Assembly: GCF_006345805.1 (NCBI RefSeq)
Contig: NC_043010.1
Location: 19,716,001 to 19,780,000 of the forward strand
DNA from: Octopus sinensis
Taxonomy: Eukaryota
DNA length: 64,000 bases
Direction of reading: 5' to 3'
Shown in pieces: positions 13,090-25,350 of this stretch (positions are counted from its first letter, which is position 1; each line of letters starts with the position of its first letter). Under the pieces are notes generated by a model. It was not told the origin of the DNA. It saw only the letters and a list, made by a program, of their open reading frames with translations, and searched no databases. Made by a program: the position numbers and the translations under genes.

Positions 13090-13295
13090 ACACCTGCATT
13101 GGTCCCACATAAATGCATCTGTTCCAGTGTTGTGTAAATGAACCTAGTCCTCTCTGTAAAGCGATTGGCATTAGGATGGGCATCCAGCCATAGAAACCAT
13201 GCCAAAGCAGACAACTGGAACCTGGCCAGCTCCTGTCAAACTGTCTAACACATACCAGCATAGAAAAAGGAAATTAAATGATGATGATGATGATG
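13090..13295 (+). mobile_element. SINE family A copy
   Basis: Ends aaattaaatgatgatgatgatgat. Confidence 0.75.
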
Positions 13296-13697
13296 AAATG
13301 TATGGAAGAGGAAGACTGAGGAAGAAAGGGGACAGAGTAACCAGGGCTAATCTCAGGTTGGTATACCATAAAAAAGAAGAGAAAAGGCAGCAATAAATGT
13401 TGAGAGACTGGACAGGAGATTATCCATTTAATCCAGGCTAGAATAGGAGAATGGAGAGAAATGAGGATGGCTTAATAACCATTGTCTCTGCCACAAGTCT
13501 TCTGTTCAAGTATGGCATGGCTTGGGGAAGTCGTCACAGACCAGAGTCAGCTCTTATTTGGAGTCACCGAGCTCCAAGACAAATTGGAGCAATATATTGC
13601 ACTTAGGCAGAGGCAGCATTATGCATGTATATATGAGTGGGTATACATTTATCTATGTGTGTATATATATATATATATACATACACACACGCAAGTT

Positions 13698-13738
<41 letters not shown>

Positions 13739-14858
13739 CTGTGAGTATATATATATATATATGTATGTATGTATCATTGTTATTCTGCAAAAGTGTTGTA
13801 TGTCCAAAATGTTGCTTTTTCAGAAAATGAAAAAATATCGAAAAACTGTATCTTGGCATCTGAAGCAGCTGGACATACGATAGTTTGACCAAAAGAATCA
13901 GCTATTGCAAACAAAATCAAATATTGATAAAAAAAAATGCATATACACACACACACGCACACTATGTTGTTGATAAGTTGTAGTTGCTGCCAGATCCAAA
14001 CTAATTGAAGTTCAGATTTCTAACTAGACATTATCTGTATAAGTGTATGTGTATATATATATATATATACACATGTATGTATACAGTGTTGACCTATAGC
14101 ATTTATAAGGTAATTATTAAAAATGTTCAGCATCCTGCATCAATAATAACAATACGTGTGTGTGTGTGCAGGTGTGGGTGGAGGGAGGTAGTGGAGGAGG
14201 AATTGGCACCGTCCATGACCACCGCAGCCAAAAGTTCAGATGAACACAATGTAAATAAATCAATAATGATATTGTAATGGAAAACACTAATCAACATTAT
14301 CATTTCATAAGTAAGAGGCTGAGGAAAAGGTTGACACACACACAGACACACACACACACAAATATATATATTTATACACATGCATATGAAGAAATATGTA
14401 TACACATGTATGTATATGTGTATATGAGCGTAAGCATGTATGTATGTATGTATGGTATGTGTGTGTGCATGTATATATATATATATATTGTGTGTATGCA
14501 TGCATATATGGTTGTGTGTGTGTATGGTATGTATGTGAGGGTGTGGATTTAGTAGACAGAAACTGAAAGGAGACCATCATGTGTGTGTGTCTTTGTGCCT
14601 GTCCACCCACTGACCCTGCTCCGCCACTACTTGACAATTGGGGGTCAGTTCATTTATGCCGGACACAGTAGTTTGGGAAAGAAGACCAAGAGAAAAGGAA
14701 TCGAGTTAAGAAAAAAAAAGCCTGTGCTGGGGTTGATTCGTTCAACTAAACCCTTCAAGGCAGTGCACCAGTATGGCCAGAGTCCAATGCCTGAAACAAG
14801 TCAAAGATAAAGATATATACATACAAGCCCACCCACCCAGACACACATACATATATAT

Positions 14859-14889
<31 letters not shown>

Positions 14890-15107
14890 CATCATGATCA
14901 TTTAACGTCCGTTTTCCATGCTAACATGGGTTGGACGGTATACACACACACACACATACACACACACGTTTTCTTCCTTAACAATCAGCAGAAGTCAGAG
15001 AGTGACTCAAGAGGACTGAAAGTGTCAAGTGTTAGCACTAATCATACATGCCAAAACACGAAACTCTCAGCCCCTGAGTTACTCGGCTGCTTCTGCTAAA
15101 TATTTAT

Positions 15108-15330
15108 ATCATCATCATCATCATTATCGTTTAACGTCCGCTTTCCATGCTGGCATGGGTTGGACGGTTTGACTGGGGGCTGGTGAGCCAAGTAGCTGCA
15201 CAAGGCTCCAATCTGATCTGGCAGTGTTTCTACAGCTGGATGCCCTTCCTAATGCCAACCACACCATAAAGTGTAGTAGGTGCCTTTTATATGTCACCGG
15301 CACACGCCACGACTACAATTTTATTTATAT
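15108..15330 (-). mobile_element. SINE family A copy
   Basis: Signature; inverted relative to 15410-15695. Confidence 0.8.
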
Positions 15331-15409
15331 ATATATATATCTTTTATCTTTTACTTGTTTCAGTCATCTGACTCTGACCATGCTGGAGCACCACCTTTTT
15401 AGTTGAGGC

Positions 15410-15695
15410 CAGTACCCACTGACTGGCTCAGATGCCAGGACCGCCTGACTGGCTCCTGTGCCAGGGGCACGTAAAAGGCACCATCCGAACATGGCCGATG
15501 CCAGTACTCTGTGCCGGTGGCACATAAAAGCACCCACTACACTCTCGGAGTGGTTGGCGTTAGGAAGGGCATCCAGCTGTAGAAACTTGCCTGATCAGAC
15601 TGGAGCCTTCTGCAACTGTTAGCTCTCCAGACCTCAGTCAAACTGTCCAACCCATGCCAGCATAGAAAGCAGACGTTAAACAATGATGACGATGA
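15410..15695 (+). mobile_element. SINE family A copy
   Basis: Ends gacgttaaacaatgatgacgatg. Confidence 0.8.
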
Positions 15696-15724
15696 ATCAA
15701 CCCTAGTAATTTTTTTTTTAAATC

Positions 15725-16012
15725 CTGGTCCTTATTCTCTCAGTCCAAACTGCTCAGTTACAGGGACGTAAACAAACCAACAATGGTTGTCAAGTGGTCG
15801 AGTAGAGGACACACACTGACACAAAGACACACACATATAGATATACATATATACAATGGGCTTCTTTCAGTTTCCATCTACCAAATCCACTCACAAGGCT
15901 TTTGGTCAGCTTGGCTATAATAGAAGACACTTGCCCAAGATGCCATGCAGTAGGACTGAACCCAGAACCATGTGGTTGGGAAGAAAACTTCTTACCACAC
16001 AGCTACATCTGT
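15725..16012 (-). mobile_element. tRNA-derived SINE family B copy
   Basis: Reverse-complement signature gggactgaacccagaaccatgtggttgggaag. Confidence 0.8.
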
Positions 16013-16314
16013 GCTTGTATATACACAAGCACAGCCTGATGTGAGAATTTCTACTCAAGAGTATTAACGACCATGTTATATGATTGATAGATCCTCATAA
16101 AACTAATTAACAAAATAATCTTAGCACCAGAAATAATTATGCTCTACGCTTCTGTATTGAGTACCCTTTCCGCTTATATGTAAACTCAAACATACGAGTG
16201 TGAGTGTGTGTGTGCATGCATGTGTTAGACATAAATATAATTATATAGATGAAGAAACCTGCAGAAATGCTTATATACATATCAACACAGAACTACGTAC
16301 AAATGTATGTGTGA

Positions 16315-16315
16315 G

Positions 16316-16357
<42 letters not shown>

Positions 16358-16545
16358 TACATGTATATACACACATATATATATGCATGTGTATACACAT
16401 ATATATACATATGCATGTGTATACACATATATATACATATGCATGTGTATACACATATATATACATATGCATGTGTATACACATATATATATATGCATGT
16501 GTATACATATATGCATGTCTATACATACAGTATATATATATATAA
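16315..16545. repeat. (TA)n plus 28-nt minisatellite atatgcatgtgtatacacatatatatac
   Basis: Direct tandem copies visible. Confidence 0.85.
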
Positions 16546-16804
16546 TGTATGTATATAGAATACATCCAGATGTCTATGTATATGTAGAGATGTGTTGCCG
16601 TGTGTGTGTGTGTGTTGGCCAACAGCCAATCCATTGTAAGTCAATTACCACAATAAAACGGCATTAGAACATTGATTATAATCATGTGGGGTTGGGGTGA
16701 GGTGGAGGTGCATGTGAGGCGGGTGAAAATGGCGGCAACAGAGACAGTATCTGGGACTGATGTCTGTGTGTGTATAGATAAGAGTGGTGTGTATGTGTGT
16801 ATAT

Positions 16805-17020
16805 ATCATCATCATTATCATTTAGCATCCATCTTCCATGCTGGCATGGGTTGGACAGTTCGACCGGAATTGAGAACCTGGAGAGCTGCACAAGGTTCCG
16901 GTCTGATTTGGCAGGGTTTTTTATGGCCAGATGCCCTTCCTAACACCAACCATTCCAAGAGTGTAATGGGTGTTCTTAATGTGCCACTGGCATGGGTGCT
17001 TTTACATTCCACCAGCAAGG
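16805..17020 (-). mobile_element. SINE family A copy
   Basis: Signature. Confidence 0.75.
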
Positions 17021-18071
17021 GTTCTGTGCCTAGAGAAATATGTATTGCAAGGATCTTTATATTCGTGTGTGTGTGTGTGGGTGTGTATGTCTGATCCTCC
17101 TCCTCATCATCATCATCTAACATACATTTTCCATGCTGGTATGTGTTGGACAGTTGAACAAAATCCAAAAAGTCACAGGACCATATTGAGCTCCAGGGTC
17201 AGCTTTAGGCATGTGTGTGCTTTTGTGGTATTCATTTGAGAAAATATGCCTGTAGACTGGTCCACAGGTGAGGCATTTAAAAGTCATGGTGATGAGATCA
17301 AATCCTTGCTTTGCACAATGTGTTCCTAACACTACAATATTACATTGAAAGTGGTTACTACTACTACTACTACAGCCCCCATTACATAGGACTGACTATC
17401 ACCTCAACTTCTACAATTACTACCACCAGCACATGGAGGTGACCACTGGTCCCCTATAAATAACATCAACACCCTTAAAAATACCAGTACCCCCACCACT
17501 ACTACTACTACTACAACTAATACTACTGCTTCTACTACCATCACCACTACTGCTACTACTACTACTACTACTAGATTATGGTGACCATCACAACTGGAAG
17601 ATAAATAAAATCAACAAAAATGTAATCCAAGTTGAAAATCCTTTATCCAAAACTCCAAAATCTTTTTGAATGCTGATTTGACGCCACAAACGGAGAATTC
17701 CACACAAAGTCCTGGCAAGGTTTCCCATGAACAGCCGTTGTATGCCATTATGACATGTGTCCTTACCTGCTTCGATAGGGGCTTCTCCTCCACCCTACCC
17801 CAGCTCAGGTGAGCTGATTGCTTGGCAGCTATCACAATAAAACCTTTGCTCTCTTCGTTACTCATTGTGATTCCTGCTTGGTGGTGTGAAGATGTTGGAA
17901 ATGTTGAAAGGGCTTGGAGATAACCCCACAGGTAACACTGGTTGTTTGTGGGGTTTTCTTTTGGTTTTGGGGTTTTTTTTCCTTCCTTCTAATTTTTGTA
18001 CAGTAAAGCACAAAACATTATTTTTATGTGAAATCTGAATATCAGTGTAACGCAATTTGCTATCTTTTATC

Positions 18072-18480
18072 TCAACATTTTGGCTGATATACCTTCCAGC
18101 CTTCATGAGGTATCTTGGGGAAATTTTGAACCTGGGTTCTCATTCCTAAGGTATTTTTTGATGTTATTATTATTATTATTAAGGTCACTGCCTGGAATCA
18201 AATTTGGAACCTTGGGGTTAGTAGCCTGTGCTCTTAACCACTACACCACAGGCATATGGCTTTGTGGGTAAGAGCGCAGACTATGAACCCCAAGATTCCA
18301 AGTTCGATTCCAGGCAGTGATCTGAATAATAATAACATCAAAAAATACCTTAGGAATGAGAACCCAGGTTCAAAATTTCCCCAAGACACCTGATGAAGGC
18401 TGGAGGGTTTATCAGCCGAAATGTTGTGTTAACAGCAAACAAGATGAGGACAAATATCCAGCAAGTGTAAATAATGTATA
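18072..18480. mobile_element. Palindromic tRNA-head plus hammerhead-like element, copy 1 (left arm truncated)
   Basis: Inverted arms around spacer acaggcatat (18248-18257); B box aagttcgattcc; CTGATGA...GAAA core at 18390-18421. Confidence 0.8.
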
Positions 18481-18701
18481 AAAAATACTCCAAAATAATA
18501 AAAAAAACCCCATCAAATATCTGCATTGCATCAGTCCCAGGAATTTCAAATAAAGCATTCCCAACCTGTGGTTTTGCAAATTGCTACCGAGAATTTGTTG
18601 ATATGAGAGGAATTCATTCCCTTTGACCCATCCCCTAAATCCTGAGTTAATGGTCAAAGGTCAGTAGTGAGGATGAGAAAGAAAAAAAAAAACAAACTTA
18701 C

Positions 18702-18830
18702 CTTTTTCTTCTTTCGATAATCCTGTTTTTCCTTTTTCTCGGCAATACAGCCATCCACTCGTCTTTCAATATCAATGGAGACCACAGCAAATGGGCGACT
18801 GGCCATCTGCTCCAGCTCAGCAAACATACG
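18702..18830 (-). CDS. ATRN: Attractin exon: cytoplasmic MASRPF motif, RMFAELEQMASRPFAVVSIDIERRVDGCIAEKKEKQDYRKKKK
   Basis: Acceptor ctttttgcag, donor AAG|gtaagt; 129 nt, phase 0 to 0. EQMASRPF is diagnostic of the attractin/MEGF8 family. Confidence 0.96.
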
Positions 18831-19219
18831 CTGCAAAAAGGAAACACAGCGATTAGGGCAACTGGAAAAGGTGGTGGGGTGTGGCAGATGATGGGGTGGA
18901 GGAGCTGTTACAAGTGCAGGACAGTGGTGGTGAGGAAGGAGGTAGTTGAAATGTGTAGGAGAGCTGGTAGTGTAGGGCATGTTGTGGAGTCGGGGAGCAT
19001 TATTACATTGTATGTGACAGCCAGTAGAATGGGGGCAGATGGTGGTGGTGGAAGGGCTGTCACAGGTGGTGGTAATCTGACATGACATTGTAGAGTTACA
19101 CTGTGTGGGACAAGTGGTGGAGGGCAGAGAGTGAAATGTGTGTGTGTGTGTGTGTGAGACTGCTGGTTCAGACGAGGGTGTCACGAGTGTGACAGTTGAT
19201 AGAGTGAAGTAGAGCTGTT

Positions 19220-19447
19220 ACATGTGGGAAAGCTGATGGAGCAAGAGATTACATGTGGCAGCTGGTAGAGGATTACACTTATCACAGTTAGAGAAAGGCA
19301 GATGATTATAAGAGGTGGCAGTTAGGAAGGGAAATGACTGCACATGTAGCATTCTGGAAATGAGCTGGTCACACATGTAGCATTCAGAGATGGGAGTTGC
19401 CTCACATGTAGCATTCAGGAGAGGCGGTGGCTGCACATGTAACATTT
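19220..19447. repeat. 31-nt-period degenerate tandem repeat with conserved cacatgtagcattc core
   Basis: Core starts at 19341, 19372, 19403 and 19434; related acatgtgg at 19220 and 19251. Confidence 0.8.
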
Positions 19448-19578
19448 AGATGACTACATTTGTGGCAGTTAAAGGTTTGCTTCAGCTCAGCTCTACTGCT
19501 TTACACCTCAATATTGAACATGGATATGACAATGATGATGATGATGATGATGGCAAAGATGCAAACAGCCTGGCTTAC

Positions 19579-19657
19579 CTGTCGTCTCCTGTAGACATCA
19601 TACTTTTGTTTGATTTTCCAGAATATTGCTGCAATCAGTAGCAATGATAGGAAACAA
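19579..19657 (-). CDS. ATRN: Attractin (ATRN/ATRNL1-like) exon: second half of the transmembrane helix and juxtamembrane basic stretch, (S)CFLSLLLIAAIFWKIKQKYDVYRRRQ
   Basis: Acceptor ctctctacatttcag, donor CAG|gtaagc; 79 nt, phase 2 to 0. Matches the recalled attractin motif CFLSLLLVAAVVWKIKQ...RRR. Confidence 0.95.
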
Positions 19658-20560
19658 CTGAAATGTAGAGAGAAGACGGATATATTACTGACAGCAGAGA
19701 AGTACTGAGACACACAGACACATCGTTGAATCACTGGTAGTATAGAGAGGACAGACACATCACTGAGCTAATTAGATTACTCCAGAACAGTCATGGACAA
19801 ACTATAGCCGACAGGACTTCCCAAATACCATGTCTAATGAAAAATTATTTTGAATTTTTCTAATCGTACAGCCTGTTTCTTGTAAAAGATTTCCCATGTC
19901 TGCTCTGGAAAGTAACATTTCAAAATAAACTTATGATTTTGTCTGTTGTTGTTGTTGTTGCTGAATAAATTCTAGACCTGTCATGACAGCATTTGATAGT
20001 GGAGCTGTGAGTTCAATACTTGCTTATTAGCCTACTTCAACCTTAGTTGGGGGCCATACAATACAATGCATCCCAGTGATAGCATAAACCCCACTGGGAT
20101 TTGAACATAGAACAAGGAGTAGAGTGAAGAACAGTGGGGCATTCGATATAATGCACAACCATTTCTGGCACTCTATCTTGGCAGAATCGATAGAGCAATG
20201 GACAAAATACCTTGTGCAATCTACTTGGACCACTCTACATTGTGAGTTCAAATCCTACCAAAGTCAGTTTCAACATTCATCATTCCAGGATGTGCAGCTC
20301 TGTGGTAATTTCAAATAACAACAACAACGATAATAATAATAATCATTCTCTCTTTTTCACATGGCCTCAACTTTGGCAACAAACATTGAATACCATTGTG
20401 TCTGTGATAAACATTCAAACCAAGAAACATGATATTTTGAAAGTTAATTACCAAATGTAATTAGAGCTGTGGCAATTATGTTTAGTAATAACAGCACTTG
20501 GAAAAAAACGTGTGTTGAGTGAGGAACACAATAGACTTATCTTCACAACTATTAGTAAAC

Positions 20561-20915
20561 ATAGTGGTCGTATACTGTCAACTCAATGTGACAGTCCCGT
20601 AAGGGAATTACACCACCGCCATTTAGCCCTAGGAAACATCGATGTCTCCTGTTGGCTTTGACACATTTTCTGTGAAGGTGTTGCAGTCATCTCAGCGAGT
20701 GAGGCAGGCTACCCTGAACTAACGACAAGCAATAGACTCAGAAACATATGTCTTCAGGTGCTTAGTCCCAGCTGGTGGGGGTGATTGCCTCCCTTTTGCA
20801 AATATAAGGACACAGAAAATGTGTCAAAGCCGACAGATGTTTCCTAGGGCTAAATGGCAGTGGTGTAATTCCCTTACAGCACTGTCACATTGAGTTGACA
20901 GTATACAACCACTAT
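20561..20915. mobile_element. MITE with ~80-bp TIRs
   Basis: atagtggtcgtatactgtcaactcaatgtgacag and its reverse complement at 20881-20915. Confidence 0.8.
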
Positions 20916-21908
20916 ATCGCTCCACCACCGCTTATGTCTCTCTGAGACATTTAGAAATTCAATTTTTCTAATTATTAGTAAACAATTCAAAAGTTTGGTC
21001 GGGATTCTTTGACGAAAAAAGTCAACCAAAAACAGGATTCCTTCCTTTCCATCATAATAAACTAATTTGTTCCACTTTTCAACTATTTGTTCTCCACCCT
21101 TTACCCAAACTGACCATCACTCCTTACCTCGGATTTTACACTTTATTATATTAAGCAACCATTGATTTTAAACTGAGGTCCACATGACCCTTGGGGGTCC
21201 AAGTAAGATTTTTTTTTTGTTAAAATTACTCAGCCATAAAATTGTTTATATTTATTTCTACAAAAGACAAAATATTTTAACAATTTCTTTTTTTTTACAT
21301 ACAGTTCCTAATAATATTTAATTATAAAAATGTAATAGGATTTTTAGACATTGAATGGTTTTGAGGGTCCACTTGAGTAAAACAGAAATGAAAGGGGTCC
21401 GTTGGCAAAAAAAAAAAAAGGGTTGAGAAACACTGTATTATATTAAACAACCATTGAACTCATTAGGTTTGCTCTCTCAACAATTTGAGCAATGCTTAGT
21501 TCTGCATGCAGACATTCCATGTGTGTGTGTATGTGTGTTCAGTCATGCACGTGTATGTGCAACAAATATGTGTATCGTAAATGGCGAACTCGCAAGGAGT
21601 TGTGCAATTAAAGCAATGATGCAGTTGTGCTGGTGGTGAAAGGTGCAGTGGTGACGACGATGGCGGCAGCGGCTATGAAGCAGGTAGCAGCGGTTGGGTG
21701 AGGTGGAGCGTGTAAGGTGTAAGGTTTCTAGTTGGAAATAGCTACGTAACTGAAAACAGCAGTGGTGGTGGTGGTGGTAGTGAAGATGTGTGTGGAGAGA
21801 GAGAGAGAAAGAGAGAGGGGAGTGTTACTGTAATCAGTAAAACTCTCAACACCATCCTCTTCCCCCCCACACACACACACGCCACACATTGTTAACAATA
21901 CATATTTG

Positions 21909-21957
<49 letters not shown>

Positions 21958-22429
21958 ATGTACATGTGCACAGGTATGCATGTACACACATTCTTCTCAT
22001 GACTACATCCAAATTCTCATGTACGGAGTTTTGGTTGGTTACAGTTATCAGTTCGCTGAAACAGATGGTTTACAGCCTTCACTTCCACCCTAACTACCTC
22101 ACACACACGTGTGTGCGTGTATTATGAGGTATGGCTACATTAAGAAGAAAGAGAACTCAATACATGAGTTGAGTTTTCACATTCATTGAGGCAACTTCAG
22201 GTCCCAAACTTCAAAGATTCTTTCCTGAAATGGAACTGGTCTCAGTCAGGAACCATTCCATCATTCCCTCTCCCAACCTCCCTCTCTGCCCCTCTTTCTC
22301 ACTCTCTCCTTGCAGATATTTGTCCATAGATAAGTTATATTTCAGAAGGACATGATTTTAGTTTTATTACACATTTGCAAAATGGATTGCTCTTTATGCA
22401 CCTTGGATACATACAAACATAGGTGTAGC

Positions 22430-22700
22430 TGTGTGTATGGCCTAGTGGTTAGGGTGTTGTGCTCACGACCACTAGACCATGGATTTGATTCCTGGAACAA
22501 GTGGGACATTGTGTCCTTGAGCAAAACACTTCATTTCAGTGTTGCTCCAGTCCACTCAGACGTAAATGGGTCACCCCAGCAATGGAATAGCCTTCCGATC
22601 AGGGGCAATGTTGGTCCAATCTCCTAACCAGTGACGTGGCTTCATTCAGAACCTAAAACAGTGCAAAGTGCATTGTGACCAATGATGTATAACAACATCC
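22430..22700 (+). mobile_element. tRNA-derived SINE (family D-related head)
   Basis: ggcctagtggttagggtg...gatttgattcctgg...tgtgtccttgagcaaaacact...gctccagtccactcag. Confidence 0.65.
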
Positions 22701-22784
22701 GATAGTCCAGTCAGTCATGTGATATATACATAATACATTGTTTGATGGTGGATTTTAGGTACCAGGTCCTGTCTGAGCACTAAT

Positions 22785-23140
22785 TGTCAGCATCTACTGT
22801 GGTCATGCTGCAGCACTGCCTTTAGTTGAATAAACTGACCCCAGGACTTATTCTTTGTAAACCTAGTACTTATTCTATTGCTCTCTTTTGCCGAACTGTA
22901 AGTTACGGGTGTGTAAACACACCAACACTGGCTGTCAAGCAACAGTAGGGGGACAAACAGACAGACACACACACAGACATATGATGGGCTTCTTTCAATT
23001 TATGCCTACCAAATCCACTCATAAGGCTTTGGTTTGCCCAAGGCTATAATAGAAGATACTTGCCCAAGGTGCCATGCAGTGGGACTGAATCTGGAACCAT
23101 GTGGTTGGTAAGCAAGCTTCTTACCACACAGCCATACCTG
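22785..23140 (-). mobile_element. tRNA-derived SINE family B copy
   Basis: Reverse-complement signature. Confidence 0.8.
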
Positions 23141-23149
23141 TGCCTATCA

Positions 23150-23502
23150 GCCCACTCAAAAGTACCTTGGATTGTAGGGTAACATGCTGTGCTTGAGGAG
23201 ACCTATTGAATCAAGTACATCAATATCAAATCAAATGGAAATTGTAGTTGTGAACCCTGTGCCGGTAGCATGCAAAAAGCACCATCCAAACGCGGCCGAT
23301 GCCAATACCACTTTGACTTGTTTCAATGCCAGTGGCATGTAAAAAGCACACTCTTGGAGTGGTTGGCATTAGGAAGGGCATCCAGCTGTAGAAACACTGC
23401 CAGATCAGACTGGAGCCTGGTACAGCCTCCTGGTTTCCCAGACCTCAGTCGAACCGTCTAACCCATGCCAGCATGGAAAACAGACGTTAAACGATGATGA
23501 TG
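23150..23502 (+). mobile_element. SINE family A copy
   Basis: Ends gacgttaaacgatgatgatgat. Confidence 0.8.
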
Positions 23503-23543
23503 ATACATATACACACACACACATATATGTATGTATGTGTGCG

Positions 23544-23544
<1 letters not shown>

Positions 23545-23607
<63 letters not shown>

Positions 23608-23634
23608 ATATATTATATTTATATATATATATTA

Positions 23635-23685
<51 letters not shown>

Positions 23686-23691
23686 ATATAT

Positions 23692-23724
<33 letters not shown>

Positions 23725-23740
23725 AATATATATATATATA
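23545..23740. repeat. Interrupted (TA)n microsatellite
   Basis: Direct observation; similar tracts at ~24300, 29310, 37780, 46630 and 58150. Confidence 0.95.
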
Positions 23741-24147
23741 GGTGACAAATTGCTAATGCCATTAGAGTGGCATTTGTTTCAACTGTCTGTACTCTGAGTG
23801 AAATTCCTGTCAAGAATTTAATCTTTCCCTCCTTTTGGTGGTGAGGGGCAATAAAATAATGTATTGGCCCAGAGCAGTGGATTTTAAGGTATAGGACAAG
23901 GTACCATGTGGAATTTATTCCAGTTATATGTATACCAGGTTTCTGAAAGGTTGATGTAATCCAAAACCCAGTGCAACCACCTGGGCCTTCACTACATTTA
24001 GCAAAGACTATTCTATTGCAAGCCATTCAGAAAGGTCACTAGTGTGAGGTTAATTTGGTTCCTTCATCCTACAAGTTATGGGGACACTGAAGAAATAACC
24101 TGTCAACTACACACACACACACACATAAATATATATAAAGAAGGTAA

Positions 24148-24248
24148 GACAAGGTAGAAAATGCTAAAATAATTCTATCATGAAGAACATTTTAGTACCG
24201 CTGCTAAAATGTTCATGATAAAATTATTTTAGCGTTTTCTACTTCGTC
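24148..24248. repeat. ~100-nt hairpin
   Basis: gacaaggtagaaaatgctaaaataatt...aattattttagcgttttctacttcgtc. Confidence 0.8.
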
Positions 24249-24306
24249 ATATTTTACTTATACATATCAAATCGTGCGTCCATTTTCAACCTTCTACATA
24301 TATATA

Positions 24307-24373
<67 letters not shown>

Positions 24374-24574
24374 CCATTGTCATGATTTTAATGTCCTCTT
24401 TTCCAAGCTTATATGGATCAGATGAATCTCCCAGAAGTAGATTTTCTACAGTTCTTTCTGTTAACATCCATTGGTTTCCAAGTGATGTAACATTTTCCCA
24501 TGCTCTTCAGCATGGACAGTACAATAACTATACTATGTCAACAAGACAAGACATAAATACACTCATCTCTCTCA

Positions 24575-24643
<69 letters not shown>

Positions 24644-25114
24644 TATAAGAAGAATGGAGTAAATGCATTTTATTTCTTTAATTTACAATTTTAATACCAT
24701 CAATCTTACAATATTATATAATAATAGATACATATTTTAATACATGTCATTTTATACACATTTCTGAAGAATCTTATTCAACATGTGTTATTAATGTTTG
24801 CCTGAATGGCACAAAGGGAGTAGTCAATAACTGCAGGTATTACAACATAATGTTGCAAAACTGATGGTACTGAATTAAGATAAAACTATTTTAAATTGAA
24901 GTAGCAAAATGATTTGCTCAATCCATCCTTCTTGATAAAAATGAAATGGGTATTTGTGGCTTTTCAGACATTTGTTTAGTAGAACAAACGCTCTCTGGCT
25001 TTTACCTTTGTCTGATAGCCAATATGGATGAACATTATACAGTAAGCACCTGGATTAAATACCCCAATGAAATTATTATATATCTACACACACACACACA
25101 CACAAAACCCTTGT

Positions 25115-25300
25115 GTTGGTGCCCCATAAAAAGCACTGGTGCTATGGAAAATGCTACCAGTACACTCAGTAAAATGGTTGGCATTAGGAAACCATACCAA
25201 AACAGACAATTGAAGCCTGGTGCTACTCTCTGGCTTGCCAGCTCTTGTCAAACAATCCAACCCATGCCAGCATGGAAAAGAGGCATTGAATAATGATGAT
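25115..25300 (+). mobile_element. SINE family A copy
   Basis: Signature. Confidence 0.7.
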
Positions 25301-25307
25301 CATAATA

Positions 25308-25350
<43 letters not shown>

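Noticed and set aside
19341-19447. Repeat-spacer pattern resembling a CRISPR array
   Set aside because: Eukaryotic intron, 14-nt core and 17-nt spacers are too short, and there are no cas genes; treated as a minisatellite.
23494-23797. Many YI/CV/TH-rich ORFs here and at 4848, 13482, 14127, 16200, 24274, 28110, 28999, 46604 and 58096
   Set aside because: Translations of (TA)n, (CA)n and (GA)n microsatellites.
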